Source of the DNA: a virus
Taxonomy: Duplodnaviria > Caudoviricetes
Virus record (IMG/VR): IMGVR_UViG_3300028628_000004
Length of the DNA: 64,000 bases
Strand: one strand, 5' to 3'
Position 1 is the stretch's first letter. Each line of letters starts with the position of its first letter. Of the stretch, positions 8,736 to 16,402 are shown one piece after another. Position numbers and translations under genes: made by a program. The notes under the pieces are model-generated. The model had not been told where the DNA came from, ran no database searches, and was given only the letters and a program-made list of their open reading frames with translations.

Positions 8736-8957
8736 ATGAGCAACTACGACACCCCCGACACCATCGACCTCCCCTTTGAGGACGATGCCTACGAGATGGC
8801 GCTCGACAACGCCGATCTGGATCACATGGAGCAGATGGACTGCGAGCAGGACCAGTTCATGACCGATGCCGAGGCTGACGAGGACGCCATGACCTCTGCT
8901 GGTATGGGCGAGAATGAGAGTTATGGCGGTTGGAGTGATGACGGGGGCGACTGGTGA
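8736..8957 (+). CDS. extremely acidic 73-aa protein (DNA-mimic candidate)
   Basis: 24 D/E, no K/R; leaderless. Confidence 0.7.
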   Translation: MSNYDTPDTIDLPFEDDAYEMALDNADLDHMEQMDCEQDQFMTDAEADEDAMTSAGMGENESYGGWSDDGGDW

Positions 8958-9208
8958 TCGCTCCCCTCACGATCAACGGCAAGACCTTCCGAGTCACTCG
9001 TCAAGTCACTGGGGGCGACTCCAGGGACCGCATTTACTGGCGAGCAACTTCCGAGCATCCCATCACGCTACATGACGCGGCTGATGTCCAGATGACGTGC
9101 GGCTACAACACTGCTGGCTATGGTTTCTATTCCTTCGTTTGCCGAGCGACTGACAAGGGCTTCCAGGCAACTTGGCATTGCCAAGCAAGCTGCGATTTAG
9201 GGGCTTGA
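8954..9208 (+). CDS. hypothetical protein
   Basis: GTGA overlap; ends GCT-TGA in next -35. Confidence 0.65.
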   Translation: MIAPLTINGKTFRVTRQVTGGDSRDRIYWRATSEHPITLHDAADVQMTCGYNTAGYGFYSFVCRATDKGFQATWHCQASCDLGA

Positions 9209-9239
9209 CTTCTCTTCCCAGTCGCTATACTCCACTCAT

Positions 9240-9374
9240 ATGAGCAAGATCAAGACCTTCCTCAACCTCTTCTGGGCGACCCACTTCATGGACGGACTGA
9301 AGGCGCAGGGCAAGACCTCCTGGGTTTCCTATGACAGCATCCTTGAGATGCATGTTGTGGAGTGGGTGGACTGA
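9240..9374 (+). CDS. 44-aa hypothetical protein
   Basis: ATG 8 nt after TATACT. Confidence 0.6.
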   Translation: MSKIKTFLNLFWATHFMDGLKAQGKTSWVSYDSILEMHVVEWVD

Positions 9375-9376
9375 CC

Positions 9377-9778
9377 ATGCCTACCTTCTACGACACTTTC
9401 ATGGTGAACGGCGGGCGTGTGTTCGCCACGCATGTGCCGATCAACGCCTTCGTCACTGACGGCAAGGTCAAGCCGACCAACTCCTACTACGGCAACTCCC
9501 AGGTATATCGCCCGACCTACGAGGCGGCTGTGATCCCGAAGGGGACTCCCCTGCTGGCTTGCCCTGGTGGCATGTGGTTCGTGATGGGCGGCAAGCTGCT
9601 GGGGTTCTCGCTGGATGATCGTGACCCTGGCGAAGTGGGTGCTTTCGAGAAGCATCACGACCCGACCAATGCTCGGCTCATGCGCCTCTACGAGAAGGGT
9701 GATGTCCAGTTCATCGATGAGGGACTGCCAAGCGACTTCCAGCGCATGTACGACGAATGGCTCAAGTTAAGGGCTTGA
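9377..9778 (+). CDS. hypothetical protein
   Basis: Follows previous stop; codon bias. Confidence 0.7.
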   Translation: MPTFYDTFMVNGGRVFATHVPINAFVTDGKVKPTNSYYGNSQVYRPTYEAAVIPKGTPLLACPGGMWFVMGGKLLGFSLDDRDPGEVGAFEKHHDPTNARLMRLYEKGDVQFIDEGLPSDFQRMYDEWLKLRA

Positions 9779-9830
9779 CATTCGCTGCCACCCGATACAC
9801 TCAACCCAACAACCAACCAAGGAACCTCCC

Positions 9831-10040
9831 ATGCCCAGCAACATCAAGTCCGTTCTGCGTGTGTTCGATGCCGCTGGCATCCCCGTTGTCACCCAGAAGC
9901 GCGAGGGCGTGACCCTGCGCCGTGGCGACCGGATCGAAGTGAACAGCAACGGCGTCTGGGTGTTCGAGGGCAAGTTCCTGTCCATGGATGCGGCGGTCCA
10001 GTCGCGGCTGCTCGCCGGGAAGCGTGTGGTGCCTGCGTGA
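9831..10040 (+). CDS. hypothetical protein
   Basis: AAGGA RBS; own promoter. Confidence 0.7.
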   Translation: MPSNIKSVLRVFDAAGIPVVTQKREGVTLRRGDRIEVNSNGVWVFEGKFLSMDAAVQSRLLAGKRVVPA

Positions 10041-10213
10041 GCGGCTTCATCATTCCCATTCCGGGGCTGAATAAACCCTTTGTCGTTCCTTCGATTCCAG
10101 ACCTCGACATGACCTGGGGCAAGGGTGACGGCAAGATCAAGAACGAGAAGCGGCTCAAGCGGCAAGCCGAGAAGAAGCGGAAGAAGCTTCACCGCAAGCA
10201 AGGGAGACACTAA
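10037..10213 (+). CDS. 58-aa protein with very basic C-terminus
   Basis: GTGA overlap. Confidence 0.55.
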   Translation: MSGFIIPIPGLNKPFVVPSIPDLDMTWGKGDGKIKNEKRLKRQAEKKRKKLHRKQGRH

Positions 10214-10342
10214 TGTCTGACATCCATGACCGTGAGCGGCTGGCTACTTGACGGCAAGCTGATAGATGCGGTCAATATAAACACCATACGAGCAGAATAG
10301 TGGCTTGATTTATTTTCGGCTACTCGTATCATAAATAGAGGT

Positions 10343-10840
10343 ATGGGTAGCCTTGTCTGCATCAACGAGGAAAACTGCTACAAGGCGCTCCGAGCCGTTG
10401 AGAGGCGCTTCCAGCGTTCATCGGCTCCCGAGCGGCTCAAGCAAGTCGCCAGAACCATCAATCCTTTAGTGTTTGTATGTGGTAGAAGGGGAAATACCCT
10501 TGGACAAGCCGTAGGAGTAAGCCTGCGGTCTTTTGACTCATTACGCACAAGATACAACTTGCGTGAAAGCGTCCACCCCAGCACCAAGATTGGCAACCGA
10601 CGCTACTTCATGATCATCGAAATCAACCCACTTGCGTTCAGCAAGCTGCGTATGACACGCTGGAAGTATCTGTGTCGTGTTTTTGGACACGAATATGCCC
10701 ATTTAATAGACACAGTGTATAGAAAGCAGGCATGGGGCGGAACCACCGACTCAGACCCCGAAACTGACCACGATGAGCATTGGCAGAAGATAAGTCTCTG
10801 GTGCGGTGGCAATACGGACCCTATCATCAGCCCAAGTTAG
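10343..10840 (+). CDS. SprT-like zinc metalloprotease
   Basis: HEYAH plus downstream H..HW...C.G. Confidence 0.75.
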   Translation: MGSLVCINEENCYKALRAVERRFQRSSAPERLKQVARTINPLVFVCGRRGNTLGQAVGVSLRSFDSLRTRYNLRESVHPSTKIGNRRYFMIIEINPLAFSKLRMTRWKYLCRVFGHEYAHLIDTVYRKQAWGGTTDSDPETDHDEHWQKISLWCGGNTDPIISPS

Positions 10841-10876
10841 GCATTGACTTCCTCTGGGAGTCTCTATACTGCTGGC

Positions 10877-11305
10877 ATGCCCTACATACTCGAAGCCTAC
10901 GCCCCCGTTGAAGTGATCCTCAAGCGCAAGGATCCTGATAGTCGTGCATGGGTCGCTCGTCCAGAAACCCCCGACAATGAGTTTTGGATCGGCACCATGC
11001 ATGTGTATGACACAGAGGAAGCCTGCATCCGAGGCAATGCCCATACGCTGGAAAGCGGCATCAAGCAGATGGAATACGAAGCCAAGCAGAACATGAAGCG
11101 TGTGGAAGCGGCTAAAAAGCTGCTCCACAGCGTCTCACCGGAGGCTCGCATTAAGAAGCTGGAAGGGCTGCTCATTGCGCTGCATCACAACCTCAACACT
11201 ATCAAGTATTCTTGTGGAGAAGATGGTTGCACGGCTGGCAAGAACCTTGCCCACGAGTGTATGGACTGGATCGAAAGCCACAACATTCCCAACCTTGACA
11301 CGTAG
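10877..11305 (+). CDS. hypothetical early protein (leaderless)
   Basis: ATG 6 nt after TATACT. Confidence 0.7.
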   Translation: MPYILEAYAPVEVILKRKDPDSRAWVARPETPDNEFWIGTMHVYDTEEACIRGNAHTLESGIKQMEYEAKQNMKRVEAAKKLLHSVSPEARIKKLEGLLIALHHNLNTIKYSCGEDGCTAGKNLAHECMDWIESHNIPNLDT

Positions 11306-11328
11306 GCGGAAGGCATTAGGATACTGAC

Positions 11329-11511
11329 ATGACCCACAACATCCTCAACGCTCTGTGTAGCGGCTTGACTACCACTTGTGACAAGAAGTCACTCAAGGAG
11401 CTGCTTCTGTCCACTGGTGGCTGGACTATGGCACAGGGGCGATCCTGCGACATTTGCACCAAGCATCTTGCGGCTGGGGTCTATAAGGTGTGGTTGGAAG
11501 CGAGGCGGTAA
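11329..11511 (+). CDS. hypothetical early protein (leaderless)
   Basis: ATG 6 nt after TAGGAT. Confidence 0.65.
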   Translation: MTHNILNALCSGLTTTCDKKSLKELLLSTGGWTMAQGRSCDICTKHLAAGVYKVWLEARR

Positions 11512-11551
11512 AGTCGCTTGACTTCCTCTGGAAGTCTCTATACTCACGCTC

Positions 11552-11773
11552 ATGAACATCAACGAAATCCCCACCGAGCAACTGGAAGCCGAAATCAAGC
11601 GGCGGAATGCTGCCAAGAGCCTCAAGTCGCTCTACCCCAAGAACCTCAAGGGCGCTAAGGCGCTGCTGGGCGCGATCCTTGAGTCCTACGAAAACAGCGA
11701 TCCCTACGAGCGGAGCATCGACTACGACCTGATTGAGTATGCCAACGAGTATCTGGCGGAGAAGGTGAAGTGA
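11552..11773 (+). CDS. hypothetical early protein (leaderless)
   Basis: ATG 7 nt after TATACT. Confidence 0.7.
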   Translation: MNINEIPTEQLEAEIKRRNAAKSLKSLYPKNLKGAKALLGAILESYENSDPYERSIDYDLIEYANEYLAEKVK

Positions 11774-11988
11774 CCGACCTACCTGCCGACTTCCAGAAAA
11801 ACATTGACACCATCAACAGCATGTCCCGAGAGGAAATCGGGCGGCTGATGCGCTTTCATCCCTGCGGCGAGCCTCACCCCTACTTCGACAGCACGCTTCC
11901 CTACTGGAAGTACCTGAACGCTCGCTTTCAGGAGCTTGGCGGCTGGGACGCTGCTTTGAGCAAGCATATCGGCTGGGATAGGGCTTGA
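11770..11988 (+). CDS. hypothetical protein
   Basis: GTGA overlap; RF.ELGG....SK.IGW. Confidence 0.65.
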   Translation: MTDLPADFQKNIDTINSMSREEIGRLMRFHPCGEPHPYFDSTLPYWKYLNARFQELGGWDAALSKHIGWDRA

Positions 11989-12017
11989 CATTGCTTCCCA
12001 ACGCCTACAATACCAAC

Positions 12018-12236
12018 ATGAACATCAACGCCCTTGCCTCCCTCCTGAAGATCACTCAGGACAGCGATGTAGATGCTCGTGTGTCACTCGGCTGGGTGAC
12101 GCTTGCCCACATTGAGGAAGAGGACGGCTTCTGGTTCGTTCGCCTCAAGGGCGAGTCGGCACCGATCAGCATGCGCGGCTCCAAGAGTGTCGAAGAGGCT
12201 GTCGAGGCGCTGGTCAAGTACCTGACGCCCGAATAG
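12018..12236 (+). CDS. hypothetical early protein (leaderless)
   Basis: ATG 6 nt after TACAAT. Confidence 0.7.
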   Translation: MNINALASLLKITQDSDVDARVSLGWVTLAHIEEEDGFWFVRLKGESAPISMRGSKSVEEAVEALVKYLTPE

Positions 12237-12274
12237 TCACTTGACAGCGGCTCCCCGCTTGATACGATACGAGC

Positions 12275-12589
12275 ATGAAGAACGGCATCAACCTCTGGCT
12301 GGACGACAAGCGCAAGATGCCCGAGGGCTACGATCTGCATGTGTTCACCGCACAGGCTGCTATCGCTGCTCTGGAGACTGGCACGGTCGAGAAGGTGAGC
12401 CTGGATCACGATCTTGGTCCCGAGTGGGAGACTGGCAACGGCTACATGGTCGCCAAGTGGATTGAGGAAGCGGCTTACCTGGGCAAGATCCCGAAGCTGG
12501 AGTGGCATATCCACAGCCAGAATAGCGTCGGGGTGGCGAGCATGAAGGCTGCTCTGACCAACGCTGACCGCTACTGGGAAGGGGCTTGA
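12275..12589 (+). CDS. cyclic-phosphate-processing receiver-domain protein (cREC)
   Basis: LWLDDKR.P, VSLDHDLG, GY.VAKWIEE, HSQN.VG motifs. Confidence 0.85.
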   Translation: MKNGINLWLDDKRKMPEGYDLHVFTAQAAIAALETGTVEKVSLDHDLGPEWETGNGYMVAKWIEEAAYLGKIPKLEWHIHSQNSVGVASMKAALTNADRYWEGA

Positions 12590-12590
12590 C

Positions 12591-12806
12591 ATGCTCGAAG
12601 ACGCTCCCATCCTGAGAAAGCAACTTGAAGAGATTGCCGATGTCTTCAACGGGGCTGACATGTCGGGCTATATGAAGCTCTACCAACTACTTGGAGCCAT
12701 GCATGAGAAGCATATGGCTGGCGACAAGGATGCTGGGAAGATCCTACTGATGGTCACACGCTTCCACTCTGTCATCAAGGCGGCGAAGAATCAGAAAGTC
12801 GCTTGA
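12591..12806 (+). CDS. hypothetical protein
   Basis: Ends QKVA in next -35. Confidence 0.6.
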   Translation: MLEDAPILRKQLEEIADVFNGADMSGYMKLYQLLGAMHEKHMAGDKDAGKILLMVTRFHSVIKAAKNQKVA

Positions 12807-12836
12807 CATTCGCTCCCTGCTCCTATACTCACACAC

Positions 12837-13022
12837 ATGAGCATCAAGAACCTCTCCAAGTCTGTCCCCGCTGACCTCAAGCGGGAAATCCGCAAGGAGT
12901 TCAACGGACCCAACCACGCTGCTGTCTATGGCAAGCTCGAAGCCTTCCTGGGTGAAGAGTTCTGCGTCTACGAGGACGGCACCATCTATGCGGTTGCCAA
13001 GAGCATCGCTGGAGTCTGCTAA
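12837..13022 (+). CDS. hypothetical protein, copy 1 of duplicated cassette
   Basis: Near-identical to 14524..14709; leaderless. Confidence 0.8.
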   Translation: MSIKNLSKSVPADLKREIRKEFNGPNHAAVYGKLEAFLGEEFCVYEDGTIYAVAKSIAGVC

Positions 13023-13023
13023 C

Positions 13024-13239
13024 ATGGCAACGATCAGCATCAACGCCCACAAGCGCATCAACTGGACGCTGGAGGACAACAACGGCAAGGTTGCCCTGGA
13101 AGCCACTGACTCCGCTGGCACCTTCGATGGCTTCAACATCTCCGCCAGGGAGTCTGGTAGCGTGGGACCGACTTGGCTGAGCCTGGAGGAAGCCAAGAGT
13201 CTGCGGGATTGGCTCAACAAGGCGCTTGACAACGGCTGA
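13024..13239 (+). CDS. hypothetical protein (MATISINAHK...)
   Basis: Starts right after previous stop. Confidence 0.65.
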   Translation: MATISINAHKRINWTLEDNNGKVALEATDSAGTFDGFNISARESGSVGPTWLSLEEAKSLRDWLNKALDNG

Positions 13240-13258
13240 AAGGCTCTATACTACGAGC

Positions 13259-13576
13259 ATGACAACAGTATTTCATGTCACTCCCAAGAGAAACATTCCG
13301 AGTATCTTGAAAGGTGGATTGAAACCGAGAGTCGGTCCACGGAGCAAGTCAGCAAAAGAAAAAATACCCCGTGTCTATGTTTTCCCTGATATGGTTTCCC
13401 TAGAAGATGCTCTGTCAAACTGGCTGGGCGATGAGTTTGTCCAGCGGCTAAGTATCTTGCAACTGGAAGTCCCTGACGAGTGGCTTGTAAGTGACACTGT
13501 GCGATGGGAAGCAACCATTGATAGGATAATCCCACCCACCCATATCAAGGTACTGGTGGAAGATATTGACGCTTGA
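13259..13576 (+). CDS. ADP-ribosyltransferase-fold protein, Tpt1/KptA C-domain-like
   Basis: FHVT..NIPSILKGGLKP and RVYVF motifs; leaderless. Confidence 0.65.
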   Translation: MTTVFHVTPKRNIPSILKGGLKPRVGPRSKSAKEKIPRVYVFPDMVSLEDALSNWLGDEFVQRLSILQLEVPDEWLVSDTVRWEATIDRIIPPTHIKVLVEDIDA

Positions 13577-13605
13577 CATTCGCTCCCACCTGATATACTA
13601 CGAGC

Positions 13606-13944
13606 ATGAGCAACGAAGTCATCTCTGCCTCCCTGATGAGCATCCTGACCGAGCATGTGAACGCTCACGGCAAGGTCGATGACGCTGCCATCTGTCGGTC
13701 GATTGCCGACTACATCAACGGCATTCCCTTCACCATCTACTACGCTGATGCTCTCTACGACTTCATTCGGGAGTACGGCGAGGACTACGACGAGTCCTAC
13801 CTGGGTCGGGATGCTGACGGTGAGAAGCAGTACATCATCTTCAACAAGGAAACCAACTGGCACGACCGGATCCGCAAGGAACTGATTGCCTTGGGCTACT
13901 ACAAGGCATACGACGAGTGGGCTGCCGAGCAGAAAGTCGCTTGA
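13606..13944 (+). CDS. hypothetical early protein (leaderless)
   Basis: ATG 6 nt after TATACT; ends QKVA. Confidence 0.75.
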   Translation: MSNEVISASLMSILTEHVNAHGKVDDAAICRSIADYINGIPFTIYYADALYDFIREYGEDYDESYLGRDADGEKQYIIFNKETNWHDRIRKELIALGYYKAYDEWAAEQKVA

Positions 13945-13989
13945 CAGCGGCTCCCATTGCCTATACTAAGCCCAACAAGAAAGAAACAC

Positions 13990-14265
13990 ATGAGCAACTC
14001 CCCTTCCCATCCGTGTGCGATGTGTCTGGTCGAAGGGCGGGCAGTCCTCGCTACCGACGAGTTCAATGGCATGCATCTGTGTGCTGATTGCACCGAATGG
14101 GAGCGGAAGAACGCTGACCCGTATGAAGCGGCTGAACAGCGTGAAGCGCAGCGGGAAGCGGTCGAGGCTGGGCATGTATCAGAGGCACGGCGACTGGTCG
14201 AGAAGCTCGACACCATCGTGCGAGACAGCATTCCCGAGGACATCTGGATCTGGATTCGCGCTTGA
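13990..14265 (+). CDS. small Zn-finger protein (CxxC...CxxC)
   Basis: CAMC/CADC; GAAAGAAA leader. Confidence 0.65.
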   Translation: MSNSPSHPCAMCLVEGRAVLATDEFNGMHLCADCTEWERKNADPYEAAEQREAQREAVEAGHVSEARRLVEKLDTIVRDSIPEDIWIWIRA

Positions 14266-14295
14266 CTTCCTCCGTAAGCCACTACAATCAAGCAC

Positions 14296-14493
14296 ATGAA
14301 GAACGACAGCATCTCCGTTGCTCTCTGCGGCATCACCAAAAAGTATGGCGGCGAGGGCTGGTTCGCTGGTGTCACTGCATATGGTCGGGATCGTGTAGTC
14401 CTCTACTACAAGGATAAGAAGAACGTCCCACATGGCAACGGGCGATTCAGCAAGTTCGCTGGAGTCCATGTGAAGTGGCAGAAAGTCGCTTGA
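14296..14493 (+). CDS. hypothetical early protein flanked by 38-bp direct repeats
   Basis: Leaderless; ends QKVA. Confidence 0.7.
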   Translation: MKNDSISVALCGITKKYGGEGWFAGVTAYGRDRVVLYYKDKKNVPHGNGRFSKFAGVHVKWQKVA

Positions 14494-14523
14494 CTTCCTC
14501 TGGAAGCCACTACAATCAAGCAC

Positions 14524-14709
14524 ATGAGCATCAGCAACTACGCCAAGTCCGTCCCCTCTGACCTCAAGCGTGAGGTTCGCAAGGAGTTCAACGGACCCAA
14601 CCACGCCGCTGTCTATGAGAAGCTGGAAGCCTTCCTGGGCGAAGAGTTCTGCGTCTACGAGGACGGCACCATCTATGCGGTCGCCAAGCGGATCGCTGGA
14701 GTCGCCTAA
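14524..14709 (+). CDS. hypothetical protein, copy 2 of duplicated cassette
   Basis: Near-identical to 12837..13022. Confidence 0.8.
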   Translation: MSISNYAKSVPSDLKREVRKEFNGPNHAAVYEKLEAFLGEEFCVYEDGTIYAVAKRIAGVA

Positions 14710-14768
14710 TAGGGGCTTGACAGTGGCTTGAATCTGATTATACTCTGCTCATCAACCAAGGACAACCA

Positions 14769-15077
14769 ATGACCGACTTCAACGCTGCTCTCGACGCCTT
14801 CACCAATGCCTACCAGAAGGTTCTGGACGCTCAGAACGGCAGCTTCAAGCACTACGGCAAGGTCAAGCTGATGGTCGGCTCCAAGTTCATCCGTGTGGTC
14901 CGCACCAACGGCAACGACGAGGGCGGCTCAGTCGCTTGCTTCGTCTGCAAGGCGACTGGAGGCATCTTCAAGGCTGCTGGCTGGGCGGCTCCTGCGAAGG
15001 GCGAGCGGGCGAGCATCTTCAACGCTGAGAGCTATGCGAAGATGGACGCTTTCGGTGGGTGGCTCTATAGCCGCTGA
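14769..15077 (+). CDS. conserved phage hypothetical protein
   Basis: G.KFIRVV...SV.CFV...TG.IFKAA.W.APAKG.R pattern recalled from T4-like phages. Confidence 0.75.
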   Translation: MTDFNAALDAFTNAYQKVLDAQNGSFKHYGKVKLMVGSKFIRVVRTNGNDEGGSVACFVCKATGGIFKAAGWAAPAKGERASIFNAESYAKMDAFGGWLYSR

Positions 15078-15119
15078 ATAGGGGCTTGACAGAGGCTCCC
15101 GACGCATATACTCTCCAGC

Positions 15120-15269
15120 ATGACCCACCAAGAGAAAGCAAGCGGCTGGAAGTCCTACGATGCCATCGACTGCAAGAGCGCCCGCAAGTCGCTCCGGTGG
15201 TACAAGAAGAAGGCGCACAAGAAGCTGCGCCAGGAAGTCAAAAAGGATTTGACTCTGGACGCTGACTGA
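15120..15269 (+). CDS. 49-aa basic protein (leaderless)
   Basis: ATG 7 nt after TATACT; WYKKKAHKKLRQ. Confidence 0.6.
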   Translation: MTHQEKASGWKSYDAIDCKSARKSLRWYKKKAHKKLRQEVKKDLTLDAD

Positions 15270-15299
15270 TATACTCTGAGCATCACCCAAGGACAAGAC

Positions 15300-15614
15300 A
15301 TGCCGACCCCCGAAGAGAAGCAGATCGCCACCGCCATCCGTGACCAGATCGGCACCAACACGCTGATGTGCATCGGGGCGCACGAGTTGGGCATCGTCCC
15401 AGCGACCGACAAGATCCTGGGTGGGCTGGCGTTCAAGCTGGGGCGCAACCCGAAGATGAAGCAGGGTGGCAATGTGATGATCACGCTCCTGCCGAGTGAC
15501 ACCTACCGAGTCTGCATCATGTCGAGCCGAGGCAAGATGATGCTGGAGCAGGAGGATGTGTATTGCGACCAGTTGGGCGGTCCTGAAGGCATCATCGAAC
15601 AGGTGACGGGCTAA
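15300..15614 (+). CDS. conserved phage hypothetical protein
   Basis: IA.AI.DQIG...SDTY.V...DVYCDQL...IE..TG. Confidence 0.75.
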   Translation: MPTPEEKQIATAIRDQIGTNTLMCIGAHELGIVPATDKILGGLAFKLGRNPKMKQGGNVMITLLPSDTYRVCIMSSRGKMMLEQEDVYCDQLGGPEGIIEQVTG

Positions 15615-15696
15615 GGGGCTAAGAGGGGCTGGGAAGGGGGCTTGACAACGCCAGGAAGGCGTTATACTCTACCCATCAACCAAGGACAAGCCTCCC

Positions 15697-16041
15697 ATGC
15701 GTATCTCCAACATCAACTCCAACCTCGCCTTCAACACCGTCATGGCTCGCTTCGCGCCCAATCACGGCAAGCGGGCGGTGCGCTACGAGCCGGACGGCAA
15801 TGTGACCCTGATGGTGCTGGACGAGTGCGACCACTGCGGCGATGAGTGCGAGGGTGCCAACTCCGTGGTGCTGGTCAAGCCCGCTAAGTTCGTGATGGAG
15901 CGGCTGGAGTCGCTGGTGCGGCTGGGCAATCTGGTCAAGACGGAAGTGTGCCAGGAAAGCGGCTGCAACGATGATGGGGATTGCGTCTGCCCCTCCTGCT
16001 ACTCCGAGGGGCTGGAAGAGGCTCGTCGGATGGGGGCTTGA
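15697..16041 (+). CDS. Cys-rich hypothetical protein
   Basis: AAGGA RBS; several CxxC. Confidence 0.7.
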   Translation: MRISNINSNLAFNTVMARFAPNHGKRAVRYEPDGNVTLMVLDECDHCGDECEGANSVVLVKPAKFVMERLESLVRLGNLVKTEVCQESGCNDDGDCVCPSCYSEGLEEARRMGA

Positions 16042-16065
16042 TAGGGGCTTGATAGGGGCTTGACA
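16033..16065 (+). repeat. 3x tandem GGGGCTTGA[TC]A promoter-junction repeat
   Basis: ggggcttgata ggggcttgata ggggcttgaca. Confidence 0.85.
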
Positions 16066-16092
16066 TGGGATTGGAGTTGCTATAATAGAGGC

Positions 16093-16215
16093 ATGAGCAA
16101 CAAAAGCCCCTCCAAGCCCGTCGCCCCTGTCGCTAAGGTCAAGAAGGATAACATCTCACCAGCATATCGGCTGGTCCTGAAGCAAAACAAGGGGATCGTC
16201 TTTTCAGGCTGGTGA
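16093..16215 (+). CDS. 40-aa hypothetical protein (leaderless)
   Basis: ATG 6 nt after TATAAT. Confidence 0.5.
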   Translation: MSNKSPSKPVAPVAKVKKDNISPAYRLVLKQNKGIVFSGW

Positions 16216-16402
16216 AGGCGGCGAATAGGCTCAAAAGGCAGGCATTTAGCCACCCTCCAGAGGGCATTTTTACGGGTAAAACGGCGGGTATTTTACTGCC
16301 TTTTGGGGGTATATGGGGGGTATTTTTATACCCACCTAGAATATAAACACGGGGTTTTTTGATTTTCTAGGAATTTTATATAATAAACCCCTACCTTTTT
16401 TT
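16216..16402. other. homopolymer-rich non-coding element, left half (origin/terminus candidate)
   Basis: G/T/C runs, ATTTTTACGGG, no ORF; marks the GC-content boundary. Confidence 0.4.

Larger units (their letters stand above)
147..16086 (+). promoter_or_regulatory. array of ~38 early promoters TTGAC[AT]-N15/16-TA[TC]A[AC]T
   Basis: -35 boxes at ~147, 417, 1344, 1824, 2119, 2644, 2967, 3330, 3727, 4119, 4653, 5026, 5352, 5987, 6236, 7339, 7870, 8230, 8702, 9205, 9775, 10305, 10844, 11295, 11518, 11985, 12241, 12803, 13226, 13573, 13941, 14262, 14490, 14717, 15086, 15249, 15642, 16060; each directly upstream of an ORF or the ncRNA. Confidence 0.9.

Noticed and set aside
449-15968. Long - strand ORFs in the GC-rich block (449..1312, 2309..2992, 7664..8596, 12056..12661 etc.)
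   Set aside because: Shadows of GC3-biased + strand genes; they span several promoter-bearing genes and lack RBS, promoter or motifs
147-16086. Recurrent GCTTGAC repeats as a CRISPR array or integron attC sites
   Set aside because: Repeats are degenerate, 200-1100 bp apart, non-palindromic and explained as -35/-10 promoters; no cas or intI gene in the window
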